Assembly (NCBI GenBank): GCA_009103225.1
Contig: RHPI01000193.1
Span: 1 to 64,000 of the forward strand
DNA length: 64,000 bases
Direction: 5' to 3'
DNA from: Chlorokybus atmophyticus
Lineage: Eukaryota > Plantae > Mesostigma and Chlorokybus algae
Positions 34,236 to 46,569 of this stretch are shown here, piece after piece. Position 1 is the first letter of the stretch, and each line of letters starts with the position of its first letter. Both the position numbers and the translations under genes were made by a program. The notes under the pieces are model-generated. The model saw only the letters and a list, made by a program, of their open reading frames with translations, was not told where the DNA came from and did not search any database.

Positions 34236-35500
34236 CACACGGAATGTTTTCCACGGACCTGGCCTGGTCCGCATGTATGGATCATGGTGAAAACGTTGGG
34301 GCGGCTTGAAGCCCGGACCGGGGTCGCCCGCCTTGGTCCGAGCGCGGGGACCAAGCTTGGTTCAAAAATGCGAGTTTGTCACGCTTGGTCTCGGGACCAG
34401 GACCTGACGTGGCGGCTTTGTCGTCACGTATGCATCAGGATCACTGTTGGTCTCGCATTTATTTTGCTGCATGGCCCAAGGGTGATCCTCTTCAAGCAAG
34501 CAAAGTTCTTCCAACAGTACAAATACAAGTCCCAAGTAGCCGGACCTGCCTTGGTTCGCACCCCTTGACCGTGCATGGTCCAGTTCCGTGGGACCAAGTG
34601 TGGTTTTGCTATTGGAACCATGCCTGGTCCACACCAAGCAATTGCAGCATACCAGCCATTTTGCGGCATTGGTCCATTCTTGCATCCAGGACTAGGAACA
34701 GGTGCACGACACCCGCAGGCATCTTGCACCGATACTGGTCCATGACACATGCACTTGCATCACAATTCACAAACCCAATTTGCTTATATGAATGGTACGT
34801 GTCTGGCAATAAGTCATATCGTTGTCGACAGGCTGCAGGATGTCAAGCAGCTATGCTATTTACAGCAGCCTTCTGATAACTATCTCCAGCGCTCATACCG
34901 CTTATGACCAATGCAAGCGCATGCTGTGCACACCATGTACACAGGGGTTTGTACGCGCGGACCAATCGGAGGCGGCGCGCAAACCATGTCTAGCACGGCT
35001 CAGCGTACCAGTGCCGCGACTGGTCCGGCGTGATCGGACTACCAGTGGTCCAGCCCCGGAGCCCGCCGGTATGGTCATAATGGACCAGGGCTGGTTGGGT
35101 GTCCTGCGGCTTGTAGATCGGTACAGAACTAATCAGCACGCGGCCTTAGCAGTAAGACCAGCGCTGGTCGCAAGCCCTACGGCCTAAGAGCCAGGGCCGC
35201 ACTGATACAGAACGCATGTAATGTACGGACCAATTATGGTTCGCATGAGTGGGACCATGCTGCACCGGTACGATTGTAAGCGGCCCTCGTAGACCATGCA
35301 TGGTCCCGGATCAGCACTTAACAGCTGTCAAGCACTGGCGCATGAAAATTACGGACCAGCATTGGAGCGGTATATTAGCAGCAACCTGGACCAGATTGTT
35401 TGGTAGCTTGCCTGGGCACGATGACACATCTCACCTAGTCCTTTGCACCCAAGGTCACGTGCACCAATGCTAAACGAGTAGCAGGCACTGGGTTGCATGG
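34236..35500 (+). repeat. Left TIR and subterminal GGACCA/TGGTCC repeat array of a CACTA/EnSpm-like transposon
   Basis: CACACGGAATGTTTTCCACGGACC matches the reverse complement of 55546-55569 at 18/24 positions; dense direct and inverted GGACC(A) motifs. Confidence 0.7.
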
Positions 35501-38500
35501 TCCCCTGTCCACTTGCTAGGGTTTGGGGATGCAATCGCGGCGGCGGCGGCGGCGGTGGCAATAACCTTTTGAGGCAGCTGTTTTCGTGGGTAGTACGCAT
35601 GCACCCAGCATGGCTGACCGGAAAGCAGCTGATATTGCCGAAAGACTTCACCAGTCTATCGGACTCAAGCTACCAGCAGTCAACCTTGCAGCTTTGCGCA
35701 AGCAGAAGCAGCGTTCCAAGTTGGTTGTCAACGCAACGCAAGGTCTCATACGTCAGAAGGACTTGTAGTTGAGTCAAAGAGAGCAAGCTCTTGCCCGCAG
35801 AGAAGCTTTGGTGTCCCAACTCTTGGCTGGTAGCGGCCTCTCTGGTGACCACGCGTCCCCAATGGAGGTGGATGGGCATGGAGACCCCTCACTCAGGTTA
35901 CATCCTTGCCCCCACTAGCTAGCTTTTAAGTTTGGTTGTTTGCGACACGGCTAGCACATATTTTTTTACAGCAGTTGTTAAGCGCCCAATATGACTCCCT
36001 GCAGGCCAGCTTCAGTAACTCAGCCTGCTGCTCACCCCCCTGCAATCGCTGGCCAGCCATCCACTTCACATTCCCCTCTATCACCGGCTGCTGAAGCTGG
36101 AGGTGGCTGATTTGCCGACAAGCCATCTGATCATGTAGAGAGCCAGCAGGAGCAGCGTCAGTTATCTGCAACTGCACTGCCGGTGGATGCCGCGGCATGG
36201 TAAGCAGTGCGGTTTGTAACCTATGCAATTCATTGCTGCGACCTGAGTCTCGTAGGCACCGCAATGGAAGGCGTAACTCGTAGGCACTATCCAATGCCTA
36301 CGACTTATGCCGTCCATTGCTGTGACCAAAAGACTAACATCACATGTCATCTCATAAGCACTGGTCAGTCCGGTCTTTTACGCAGCCATGCACGCGTGTG
36401 TGTTGCTTGTTTTTCTTGATTGCGTGGTGACATGAATTGGTGTTTATCACTTGCTGTCTAAGCTCTGTCATCATAGATGGTGGACGAAGCAGTTGCAAGG
36501 GCGCATCGTGCACTTGACTTGATGGTTGCCGCAAGCAAGTGGGCACCACCTATTCCCCGTAGTCAACCTCCCGAGCCCAGCCAACCACCATCAGAGTCTG
36601 CTACAAAAAACTTGCTTGATATCTACCTAAAGATCGTGACAGCCCTGGAAGATTCTGGTGTCCAGGTTGCTCTCGTCAATGAGATCATGAAGCTCATCTT
36701 TGGCCAGATAAATTTTGTTGTTAAGCTAGCCTTGAAGGTTCCTTTTTAACAGGATCAGTTGCGGGATGACATCGCCAGCCTCATATGCGACATAATGACG
36801 CACAGCCCTTTCGCGGATGAGCTGCTAACAGACATTGCCGCCGTGGATAAACTATTGGCCGCGCTTGGCATGCCTGTTTCTCATCGCCTGACCGTCTATA
36901 CCACATGCAAGTACTTGTTTAATGCACCTTATCCCACACTCAATGAAGATGACGGGGACGGGGACACGCGCGAGACCAAGCAAAAAGTGATTGGTCGCCT
37001 TCGCAACACACCGTGCGGAGGGGGATGCGGCAGGGCTTCCAAAGAATGTTGCGACTCATTGTACAATCGTATAAGTGCCTGGCGTATCAGCGCCAAGTTA
37101 CCTGTCCCTTCAATCGCTCACGACTACTGGAGGAGTGGCGCCTAAAAGATGAATGGAAGCACGTCCCTGTGGAACAAGTACCCGCTGCAAACACTGAGTA
37201 CTGACATGGTGCAAAGAAGCGGATGTCGACTTGGAGCACCACAACGCAGGCGATCCCGTGACATTTAAATGCTCAAGGTGCCACAAAAGCAATTGTCAGA
37301 TGGCACAGCAAGCTCTTGGCAACCCTCAACACAACACTGCTCCACGCCGAAGGCTTCAGCTGAACAACCACTGTGAAGCACAGCTGCACCGCTGTCAGTG
37401 CCTTTGTGCTCAATGGCGGGAAGCGCAATTCCTCACAAGAGTCTTCCGTCATGCCTTTACTTTTGATTCCCACTGATCCGCTGTCAAACGGTGTGGACAG
37501 TCTGGAGCCTTGTTGTAAACCACTGCTGCGTGACTTGGAGAACCTTCACTTGAACAGTTTCACTTTTCGTTATGGCCTCGACTCTAATCATGTCGACAGC
37601 CGCGTGCTTGATCGCCAACCAGGTAATGACTTGAGTATATCATAGCATATCACCTATATCACCCAAAGTCTCATAGGCACTGTCCAGAGTCTGTGACCTT
37701 GATCTCATAGGCACTGTTTGATGGCTACAACTTGGTTATAGCATATCTGCCTTCTAGCGGTCTATGAGATTGGCATAGGCTGCACTGCCCTATCAGACTG
37801 TTGCTATAAAATACTGATGTTGCCTTTATTGCAGGTTAGAGATAATGCTGCGGGTAGTGCTGTGGGCATGGACGGATAACCAGCCAGCGTAATGTGAGAT
37901 AGGCCAGTTTAAGAATGGAGGCCTCTTCCCCTGCCGGCGTTGTCTCCTCAAAGCCACTCAGCACCAAGTGCCCCGGCGTGCTGAGCAGGGTAAAGATAAT
38001 ACAAGAACACGTACTGACCATTTATATGGTGATAATCGCTACCACTGCCGCCATCCCCCAAGCAAAGAGAGCAGCAAAGGATGCTTATGACAACGCGTGC
38101 ATGGTGGACTCCCTCGATAGCCAAAACCGAAAAGAAAATCAATGGAGTGCGGCATCTCGAGAAATCTCCACTCTGGCGGTTGTGGCATCTGTATGAGTTT
38201 AACCCTTGCCGCGACTTGGTCCATGACACGATGCACCTGTTGCTGAAGGGGCTTTGCAAGAGTTTTGTGCACAGTACGCTTGATGCAGACGGTTCAAAGC
38301 ATGTCCAAGACATTGCCAAGGTGGAGCGCAGGCTGTTCCAGAAGCGCATATCACGCCCCATGAACTTGAAGAGCAAACGTTTCCCATTCAGCAAGCACCT
38401 GGCTTGGTTCAAGGCCCAACACTTGCAGATGTTCGTGCAGTATGTTGTGCCATACGCTGTGTCCGATCTGGTAGATGAAGCAACCAGAGTCGTCAGCTTC

Positions 38501-39431
38501 GGCTCACATGCTCATCCGCATCTTCTTTCACAACTTTTGCCTACGGGGATGAACTGCAGAGCTGTTGGAACTTGCTGACGCTCTCTTGAAATATTGGAGG
38601 GTCTACTTGGAGGACCTGTTTTGCACCAACAAAAGGCCCAACGAGCATGTGGGCGGTGCCGGCCACATTCTGACATCATCTGGCACGGGAGTCAAGATGT
38701 GTATTGTTGTTTTGTGCAAGAGCGCACTGTGTCCAACTATGTCAACACCTTCACCAACGGGAAGCGGTTTGAGATCAGCTACATGCGGCGTACACCATGG
38801 AGATGGTTTCTGAGGACGCTTATTGTCATGCGAGAAAATCAGCGGACTGACAAGCTATTGTGCCATCAAGCTAATAATACAATGGCGTACTCTCAGCAGG
38901 TTTACTAGCCTCTGAGTGGAGCATGTAGTGACTGTCATTACGGAGTGCGCACTCAGAAGCACGCCATGGAGCTTTAGACCCTCGCAGAGAACTTCCCAGA
39001 CTTTTAGCATGCGCGACTGATTAGAGATAAGGGTATCCTTATTGGCAGCACCAGGAAGCCTGTCCCTCTTTAGGGAACCTTGGCCTTGAAAATCCAATGC
39101 GTTGAGGATATTACCAGCAACTTGCCTGGAGGCATACGCAAGTTCCGCGCATATTTGTGTAACGGGGTCATGTATAGGTGTGGTTTAGTCTACGAGTTAT
39201 GCAGTCCATTGCTGCGATCTAAAGTCTCATAGGCATTGCCCAGTGTTTACGACTTACGCATTGCTGTGACCTAAAGACTCATAGGCACTGTCTAGTGTCT
39301 ACAACTTATGCACTCCATTGCTGACCTAAAGTCTGATAGACACTGCCCATCTCTTGATACAAATTGATTAAAGCCTAGAGTATTTGCTTTGGCAAACGCA
39401 GAGGCGTTGATAACATGAAGATGGCGGACCC

Positions 39432-42145
39432 TGTTGAGGATATTTTTGTATCCGGTCAGCTTGCCCTGTGGATAAGAATCGCCTCGAGAAGATTCAGGCG
39501 CGAGAAGGTTCCAGTTGAGAAAGGTCCAAGCAAGGACTTCAGTCGAGAAGGTTTCAGGCGCGGAGTCGAGTCCGGAGTCTGGAGACTTCCAGGCGCTGTA
39601 GAAGAAACGTTGTAGCTCGATGGTTACGTCATTGTATGGCGCGTGTCATAGCTTGTTGGAAAGCTCTTGAAAGTACCTACGTGGTACAACTTAGAGCGCA
39701 GGAATCGGTTGAGTGTAGCAGTCGTGGTGGCTTCTAGAGTAGACAGGTGCAGAACTGGCGGTATAAAAGTGTGTGTATGCTCTGGTAGAGTGTGTGTACT
39801 TGTGCTTGCACCAACTCCATGCATGGTCAATGGTGTCCGAATCTCAATAGGTTATGGGCCCACACTACGCTGGTCTAGCAAGTGTCTAGAGGCGTGATAA
39901 CGGCAGTAGGCTAGGCAAGGAGTTCTAGCTAAGTCTTGTGAGGTTGGGTGAGTCCTGGAAGATGGCAACCAACTACGACAAGGTGACCGTGGAGCCTTTG
40001 GACGTGGACAACTACAACACATGGAGCGTGCGCATGAAGATGTTGCTGGTACACAAAGACTTATGGGGATGGGTGGACCCGGAGGAGGCTGACCCTATGT
40101 CTACAAGGCAGAGTTCGGTGTTTAAGCAGCAAAGTGGGAGAGCGCTTGCCCTGATCAGTCTCAACGTGAAGGATCATCACTCGGTGTTGGTGGATGGCTG
40201 CAAAACTGCACGAGAAGCTTGGGAGAAGTTGGCATCGCACTTCAAGGCGAAGAATAGCGCGAGGAAGGTGCAGCTGAAGAGAGAGCTCGCTGGGTTGAAG
40301 AAGCAAGGAGCAGCGGAGCCTATTACCAAGTATGTGTCGCGTGCACGAGAGTTGCAGAAGGACCTTCAAGGCGTTGGCTATGAGGTGAAAGAGTCCGAGT
40401 TGGTGTGGCAAGTACTGTCTGGGTTGCCTGAAGACTATGACACGGTGATCACGGTCTTGGAGGGCTTGGAGGCAGAACCCACGGTGGACGAGGTGGTTCC
40501 AAGATTGCTGCAGGTGGAGTCGAGGCTGGTGAAGAAGCATGAGGAAGGCCCGGAGGCGTTGGCTTTCTCAGCGACTTCAGGAAGAGATACTGATCGTTTT
40601 CAGCATGGGTCTGGGCGTTTCAGTGGTAGTGGTGGTGGAGCGTCCAGGAGTGACAGGGTCTGCTACTATTGCGGGAAAAAGGGCCACATCAGGGTGCATT
40701 GCTCGATGAGGAAGCAGCACGAAGAGGAGCGTGGTGGAGAGAAGCATCATGCCATGACGGGACGTGTTCGAGAGACGCCTATTGCCTTTCATGCAACAAC
40801 GGATGGTGAGGCAGCTGGTTGGGTGCTGGACTCGGGTTGCACGAGGCATATGACGGGTGATCGTGAGAAGTTGGCAAAGTACAAGGTCTTGGAGAAGCCA
40901 ATTAAGGTGAAGTTTGGCAAGACGGAGGTGCTCGCGGTTGGTGTAGGAGAAGTGAAGATCCTATCTCAAGTTGGAGGAAGGACGAGGCAAGTATTGTTGA
41001 GAGAGGTGCTGTATGTCCCAGGGCTAGAGGTTAGCCTATTCTCTGTGCGCATCGCGGCGAGAGTTGGTGCTGTGACAGTGTTTAGTGGGGACATAGGAAG
41101 GGTAGTGCTGCATGGTGTCACAGAGTTGGTTGGCATCAACGTTGGAGGGCTCTACATCATTAAGGAGGTCAAGGGTGCGGAGATGCACAAGAAAACCAAG
41201 GTGGAGGTGTCCAAGTCAGCACCGATTGTGAAGAAAATGAAGAAGAAGGTTGTGCCTGTTGCTGAAAAGGGAGCGCGAGCTCAAGAGAAGGTGACCAAGA
41301 GCGTGTCACAGGCGAGTGGTAGAGTGATTCCACGTGTGGAGGTTGCTGAGGGTTTCAAAAAGGTTGAAGATGCAGTTCCTGAGCCCGTGGGAGTTATAGA
41401 AGGCGTTGGCATCATCAAGGACAAGAAGGAGAAGCATGGTGGTGGTGTTGTGCAGGACGTTGCCAAGAGTGAGCACGTGGGAGCACATGCAAATGACCAT
41501 GAGAGTTTTAACAAGGGTGTGCAAGTGAAGAGCTTCAAGGAGACGCTTATGAGAGGTGCGGGAAGTGTTTTCAAGATGGTTGGAAGAGCAAAGGATGGCG
41601 TGGGAGTTCGTCGCGCATAAGTACGCAAGGAGTTGGCATCGAAGGTGTTAAAGGCCAAGCTGCCCGCGTGGGAGTGTTGAGGATATTCTTGTATCCGGTC
41701 AGCTTGCCCTGTGGATAAAAATCGCCTCGAGAAGATTCAGGCGCGAGAAGGTTCCAGTCGAGCAAGGTCCAGGCGAGGACTTCAGTCGAGAAGGTTTCAG
41801 GCGCGGAGTCGAGTCCAGAGTCTGGAGACTTCAAGGCGCTGTAGAAGAACCGTTGTAGCTCGGTGGTTACGTCATTGTATGGCGCGTGTAATAGCTTGTG
41901 TTTGAAAGCTCTTGAAAGTACCTACGTGGTGCAACTTAGAGCGCAAGAATCAGTTGAGTGTGGAAGTCGTGGTGGCTTCTAGAGTAGACAGGTGCAGAAC
42001 TGGCGGGTATAAAAGCCCGCGGTATGACTTTGTTGTAATCCTTAGAAAGCCGTTTGGATCACCCTTGTGTGTATGCTCTGGTAGAGTGTGTGTACTTGTG
42101 CTTGCACCAACTCCATGCATGGTTAATGGTGTCCAAATCTCAACA
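39432..42145 (+). mobile_element. Non-autonomous Ty1/Copia element encoding only Gag-protease (TR-GAG-like)
   Basis: LTRs 39432-39849 and 41675-42145 (TGTTG...CAATA/CAACA); 5-bp TSD GACCC; PBS GGTTATGGGCCC; no integrase core, RT or RNase H. Confidence 0.92.
39962..41620 (+). CDS. Copia Gag (CCHC knuckle) + aspartic protease + K/V/E-rich tail
   Basis: LDVDNYNTWSVRMKMLL, TAREAWEKL, CYYCGKKGHIRVHC, WVLDSGCTRHMT, VLYVPGLEVSLFSV; uninterrupted ORF. Confidence 0.9.
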   Translation: MATNYDKVTVEPLDVDNYNTWSVRMKMLLVHKDLWGWVDPEEADPMSTRQSSVFKQQSGRALALISLNVKDHHSVLVDGCKTAREAWEKLASHFKAKNSARKVQLKRELAGLKKQGAAEPITKYVSRARELQKDLQGVGYEVKESELVWQVLSGLPEDYDTVITVLEGLEAEPTVDEVVPRLLQVESRLVKKHEEGPEALAFSATSGRDTDRFQHGSGRFSGSGGGASRSDRVCYYCGKKGHIRVHCSMRKQHEEERGGEKHHAMTGRVRETPIAFHATTDGEAAGWVLDSGCTRHMTGDREKLAKYKVLEKPIKVKFGKTEVLAVGVGEVKILSQVGGRTRQVLLREVLYVPGLEVSLFSVRIAARVGAVTVFSGDIGRVVLHGVTELVGINVGGLYIIKEVKGAEMHKKTKVEVSKSAPIVKKMKKKVVPVAEKGARAQEKVTKSVSQASGRVIPRVEVAEGFKKVEDAVPEPVGVIEGVGIIKDKKEKHGGGVVQDVAKSEHVGAHANDHESFNKGVQVKSFKETLMRGAGSVFKMVGRAKDGVGVRRA

Positions 42146-42815
42146 GACCCAACTGTCGCACCATGCCGGGTGGATGAGATCTACCTGTTTAATTGACGGA
42201 AGTCAATGCTCAATGTGCAAGTGCGGCCTTATACCAAGAAGCGTAATGCCATGGCCATGACCTGATTGACAGAGACACTGGTGCACAGTGCATTGGGCGT
42301 TTGGCAGATGAGTTTACGCTCATCGGTGGAGACCAATTGCAACGCAAACTCTGGGTGTTGCTGAACCGTGATCTAGCAAATCATTAATTAGCGTTCGACT
42401 ATGACAGCACAGAGTAAAGACTTACTACAGCCGACATCCGCTTGCCGGTGTGGCCGGAAAAGGGGGATGTCCTGGAGATGCGGCACAACAGCAAGTCCAT
42501 TTTTGACTTCAGACTATTACATGAGCCCCCGAATGAATCCTGTTGACCCACCCCCTTGGGTGGTTGTGGTCAAAGAGGTGCGACATTCGTATGGTAGTCG
42601 ACTACCTGACAAAGGCAAGGCGTATGGGTGGTTAACATAGCTGTGAGCGACCAGGTTGAGGACCCTTTCTCAGCCAAAACAAAGCTCAACTGGCCAATGC
42701 AAGGGAGCAGCAGGATTGCTGTTCCAAGAGTCTTGCGTCTCTTGATTGTTCCTCTGCGCCCAGGCATTGCGAGCTTGTATGCAAACCGCTATGGAGCAAT
42801 GAGCTGTTGCTAACC

Positions 42816-45604
42816 TCACAAGTACTGTTGTATGCGCTTAGTAGTCTGCGCTCCTCCTTCACTCAATGAACGTGCCCTCACGCCGGGACTTTTTGCCAGG
42901 AAGTCCTCCACCACAACCCGCATCCACTCATCAACAAGCATGCCTTCCATGTAAGTTTGCTGTTTTTCCACAAGCTCCAGGTCATTTTCCAAGTTCGTGA
43001 CCCGCTTACCAAGTTGATTGTTCTCCCTTTGCTGTTCAATGATTTTCTCTTGCACTTCAGCTTCTGGCGGTAGTGGGGACATGGAGGGAGCATCTAGTGC
43101 ATCCAAGCGCCGCTTTGTGTTTTCGAGCTCCTTCCGTGATTAAACGAGCTGTCTATGGACGACATCAGCAACGTCCGTATCTGCAGTAGGCGCAAGCAAT
43201 TTCCGTTTTGCTATGTCAAGCTCATTCTGGGTGTTACTGAAAAGTTCAAGGGTCATAGCACATGTCTTTTTACATCCATTGAGCACGTCATAAACCTTCT
43301 TTGACTGTGGGTCCGCCATGGTTGCAGGTTTCTTACTATCCACAATCAGCCGCCGCCTGGCGTCTGCTTTTTTTCTCAGCACCCTTTGCAAGTGGTTCCT
43401 CTCGTTACTCAAGGAGTTAACATCTCATTGCAACTTGCGTCTGGCCTCCAGTTGAGTGGCCTGCTTCTCGAATTGTCCTTTGAGGTCGTCTATTGCTAAA
43501 AGAAGGCCTTTTCTCAACTCCGCAAATTGGTAGTCATGCGATTCTTTAGGCGCAGTTTCTCCTCTCGCAGCTTCGCTGTCTGCTGCTAGCCGCTGCTCTC
43601 CTGCTGCTTTAATGTGGCCTCCTCGGCTCTGCGCAGGCGCTCAAGCAGGTTGGCATTCTGCTCTCATAGGGTTCGCATCCTCAAACGCCTTCTGCTGTAT
43701 GGAGGCCATTTGCTAAAGCTGTCCTCGGAGCTTTTGCGCGGCGTCGTGCTTCGTTTGAGCGGCCCTCCTCGGCTTTGCGCACGCGTTCACGCAGGCTTGG
43801 CATCTCCTCCAAGTGTGCCACGACTTCGGTGCCCCTCTCCGAATTGGTCCCAAACAACTGGTGGTGAAGCGCGTCCTCACTCATCTTTCAAGTGGAGTCT
43901 TGGTTTGCCTGCCGAAGTCGTGCATTAAAGCCGTCAATCTCTGCTTAGAGCTTTTGTGCTTGAACGAAGGGCTGCTGCTGAAGCTGGTCAAGAAGGTCCT
44001 GCTGCTTTTTCCTGGCCTCTTCTGCTGTTGTCAACAGCTGTTGTAGGCGGTCCCGCTCAGCAGTGGTGGCAACCAACTCTTGCGATGCATCCTCATGCTG
44101 CTTCTGAGTGGAAGCGGCCAGCTGTGCATTGGTGGCCTGTTGCGCCAGTGCATCCTCACGCCGCTTTGCAGCAGCCTGCTCCTTAGAGTCAAGCGCCAAG
44201 TCTTCATCCAACTCGCTGATCCGAGTAAAGGCGGCCTTGACGTCATCTTCTATCCGCTTGCAGCGGGTGAGGTGCTCTTTCAAGGTAGGGTGTTCACCGC
44301 GCAGACGTTCAGCTTCTTCCCTCGCTAGCTCTGCACGCCAAGCATTGACTTCTCCCAGCTCTTGCAAAGTTTGTTGCAGCCGTCGTACGCGCTGGCTGTC
44401 ATGCACAATAGCCCGATCCTGCTGTTGCAGCCGTTGTCGCTTAGCATTGGCTTCATTTAGAGCAGCCTGCAGCTGTAGTATGCGCCCCCCGGCCTCCTCT
44501 CTCGCTTCCTTTTGCTGTGCAAGAGCCGCCTCCAGCTCTTGTATGCGCCCGCCGGCCTCCTCTCAGGCCTTCTGCTCCTTTTTCAGCAACTCTGCATGCT
44601 CTTGGGTGGCCTTGGCAGCAGCTGCAAGAGTGGCTGATATTTTCGTTGTATGGGTGCGCTTGACATCAGCATTGGCGGATGCAACAGTCTGTGTGCTGGT
44701 AGACGCCTCTTTTAGATGTTGCTGCATCAAAAACACCAACTCAGAGCACAAACAGGACAGTGCAGCTTATGACACACAAATAGCCATAAATTGACTAATG
44801 CTGACTTTAGCCAAGGGTTACCTGAAGTCGGGGCACTTGCTGTTGGGCAGGTTCTAGACAATGCCTTCCACCAACTTGGCTATGCTGCTGGCAGTGGCGA
44901 CTTCTGAATGTGCAGCAGCGATACCGGCTTCCATTTTCTTACAGGCATCGTCGTCGCCGTTACCGTTGCTGTCATCATCGCTTCTTTGATGACTGCTGCC
45001 TTTATGACCGCTGCTTTCAACGCTAGGTTCATCACCACTGCCGCCTCCATAACGATCACCTCCAGCAGCTTCATCACCACCAGCAGGGTCATCACCACTG
45101 CCGCTTACATGACCCTCAGCAGCACCAGAGTCCCTCGAGCGGTTTGATAGCCACGATCCATGGCATCCTTCTCTGCGCTTCCTTGTGGTGGCCTGTCCGG
45201 AGAGAGTAAAGGAACTGGAGGTAGCCCAGAAGCACCTCCCAGTGCCACAAGTGCGGCAGCAACAGCAGCGGAGGCAAGAGCAGCATCAACAGCAGCTTGA
45301 GAAGGATTGCTAGAGGTAGCCGTAGCACCACAAGCAGCACCTACACGAGAAGTCAAACCAGGAGCAGTGTTGGAGTTTGAAACCAGGTTTAGCCGTCCTT
45401 AGATTCCAGTCAGCATAGTCTAGCTAGGTACTCATGACTTTCGTACTTAGTAGACTCCAATCCTAAGTACTCCAATAGTTTAGACCGTTTAAGACTGTTT
45501 TTGGGTCTTATGCTGACTAGACCCGCCTTTTGTACTACTTTTAGCTTGTATATCAAGTTTTTTTGTGTAGTGTTGACCGTTATTGGGTATAAGGGGACGC
45601 CCAC
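42816..45604 (-). CDS. Probable multi-exon coiled-coil protein, convergent with Tnp2 #1
   Basis: Successive minus-strand heptad-rich E/Q/K/A exons (43945-44406, 43140-43412, 42816-43106), a Gly/Asp/Ser-rich segment, and a short basic N-terminal helical segment; function unknown. Confidence 0.4.
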
Positions 45605-46569
45605 ACACGTTTAACATGGTTCACTTTGCTTGTGCTTGTGCTTAGGTCTGGTGGCGGCGGAAGCCTTGACCTGGGCATGGTCTGGTCTGGCGTGGTCTAG
45701 TCTCGTGCTTATCTGCTTGCACAGACGGTTTGAGGGTGTTGTGTTGTGTGTCTACGCTTAGGAAGCTTGCATCTCAACAGGTTATGGGTCCACATATGCT
45801 GGGTTAAAAGCTTGTCTAAACATCTTGGCGGAAGTGTGCACTTTAGTAGCAAGGGTTATTCTAAGTTTGCCGTTTGGGGCTAGACTGTGGAGGTCTGGGA
45901 GCTTAAAATTGCTCTTCTTTGGCTAAAACGGCCTATTCTCAGCAGGGGCTTCACAAAGACCACCAGCTACGACAAGGTGGTGATTGAGTCATTGGGAGAT
46001 GACAACTACAGCACATGGAGCAGCCGCATGAAGTGGTTGTTCGAGCACAAGAGCTTGTGGGACTTCGTGCACTCGGAGGAGGCTGACCTCCTACCCACAA
46101 GCCAGAGCGCTGTCTGGAAGCAAAACTCCAGGAAAGCACTTGCACTCATTGGTTTACACGTGAGAGAGTTCATTTAGTGACATTAAATGCTAGCTCCACT
46201 GCTAGAGAGGCATGGGAGAAGTTGTCTGGATCTTTCAAGGCTAAGAATGCCAGGCGTGTCCAGCTTAGGCGGGATCTGAATGCTTTGAAGAAAGACTCAA
46301 GTGAGCCTGTCACCAAGTACATTGGAAGGGCAAGAGAGCTTTGGAAAGATCTTTTTGGCGTGGGCTGCCAGCTGCAGCCCACTGAGCTTGTTTTAGCTGT
46401 ACCTTCTGAACTTCCAGACCTGCTAGAGTTTGACACCTCGATTACGGTGTTGCAAGGTCTTGACACTGATCCCAAGTTGGATGCGGTGATGCCAAGGCTA
46501 CTTCAAGTTGAGCAAAGGCTGAAGCAGAAGGAGGAGCTTCAGATGCAGTTTGTAACAATTGGGGCCTGA
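45605..46569 (+). mobile_element. Degenerate Copia 5' fragment (LTR end 45779, PBS, gag)
   Basis: ...TCTCAACA followed by GGTTATGGGTCC; SLGDDNYSTWSSRMKWLF and TAREAWEKL, homologous to the 39962 Gag, with a frameshift. Confidence 0.8.

Larger units (their letters stand above)
36477..42800 (+). pseudogene. CACTA/EnSpm Tnp2-type transposase #1 (multi-exon, degenerate, Copia inserted at 39432-42145)
   Basis: KPLLRDLENL, GVRHLEKSPLWRLWHLYEFNPCRDLVHDTMHLLLKG, WFKAQHLQMFVQY, HILTSSGTG...; colinear with copy #2 on both sides of the Copia insertion. Confidence 0.78.

Noticed and set aside
34236-35500. CRISPR-like array (also 54930-55560 and the 55-60-bp intronic repeats)
   Set aside because: Short degenerate motifs in both orientations with irregular spacing, a eukaryotic context and no cas genes.
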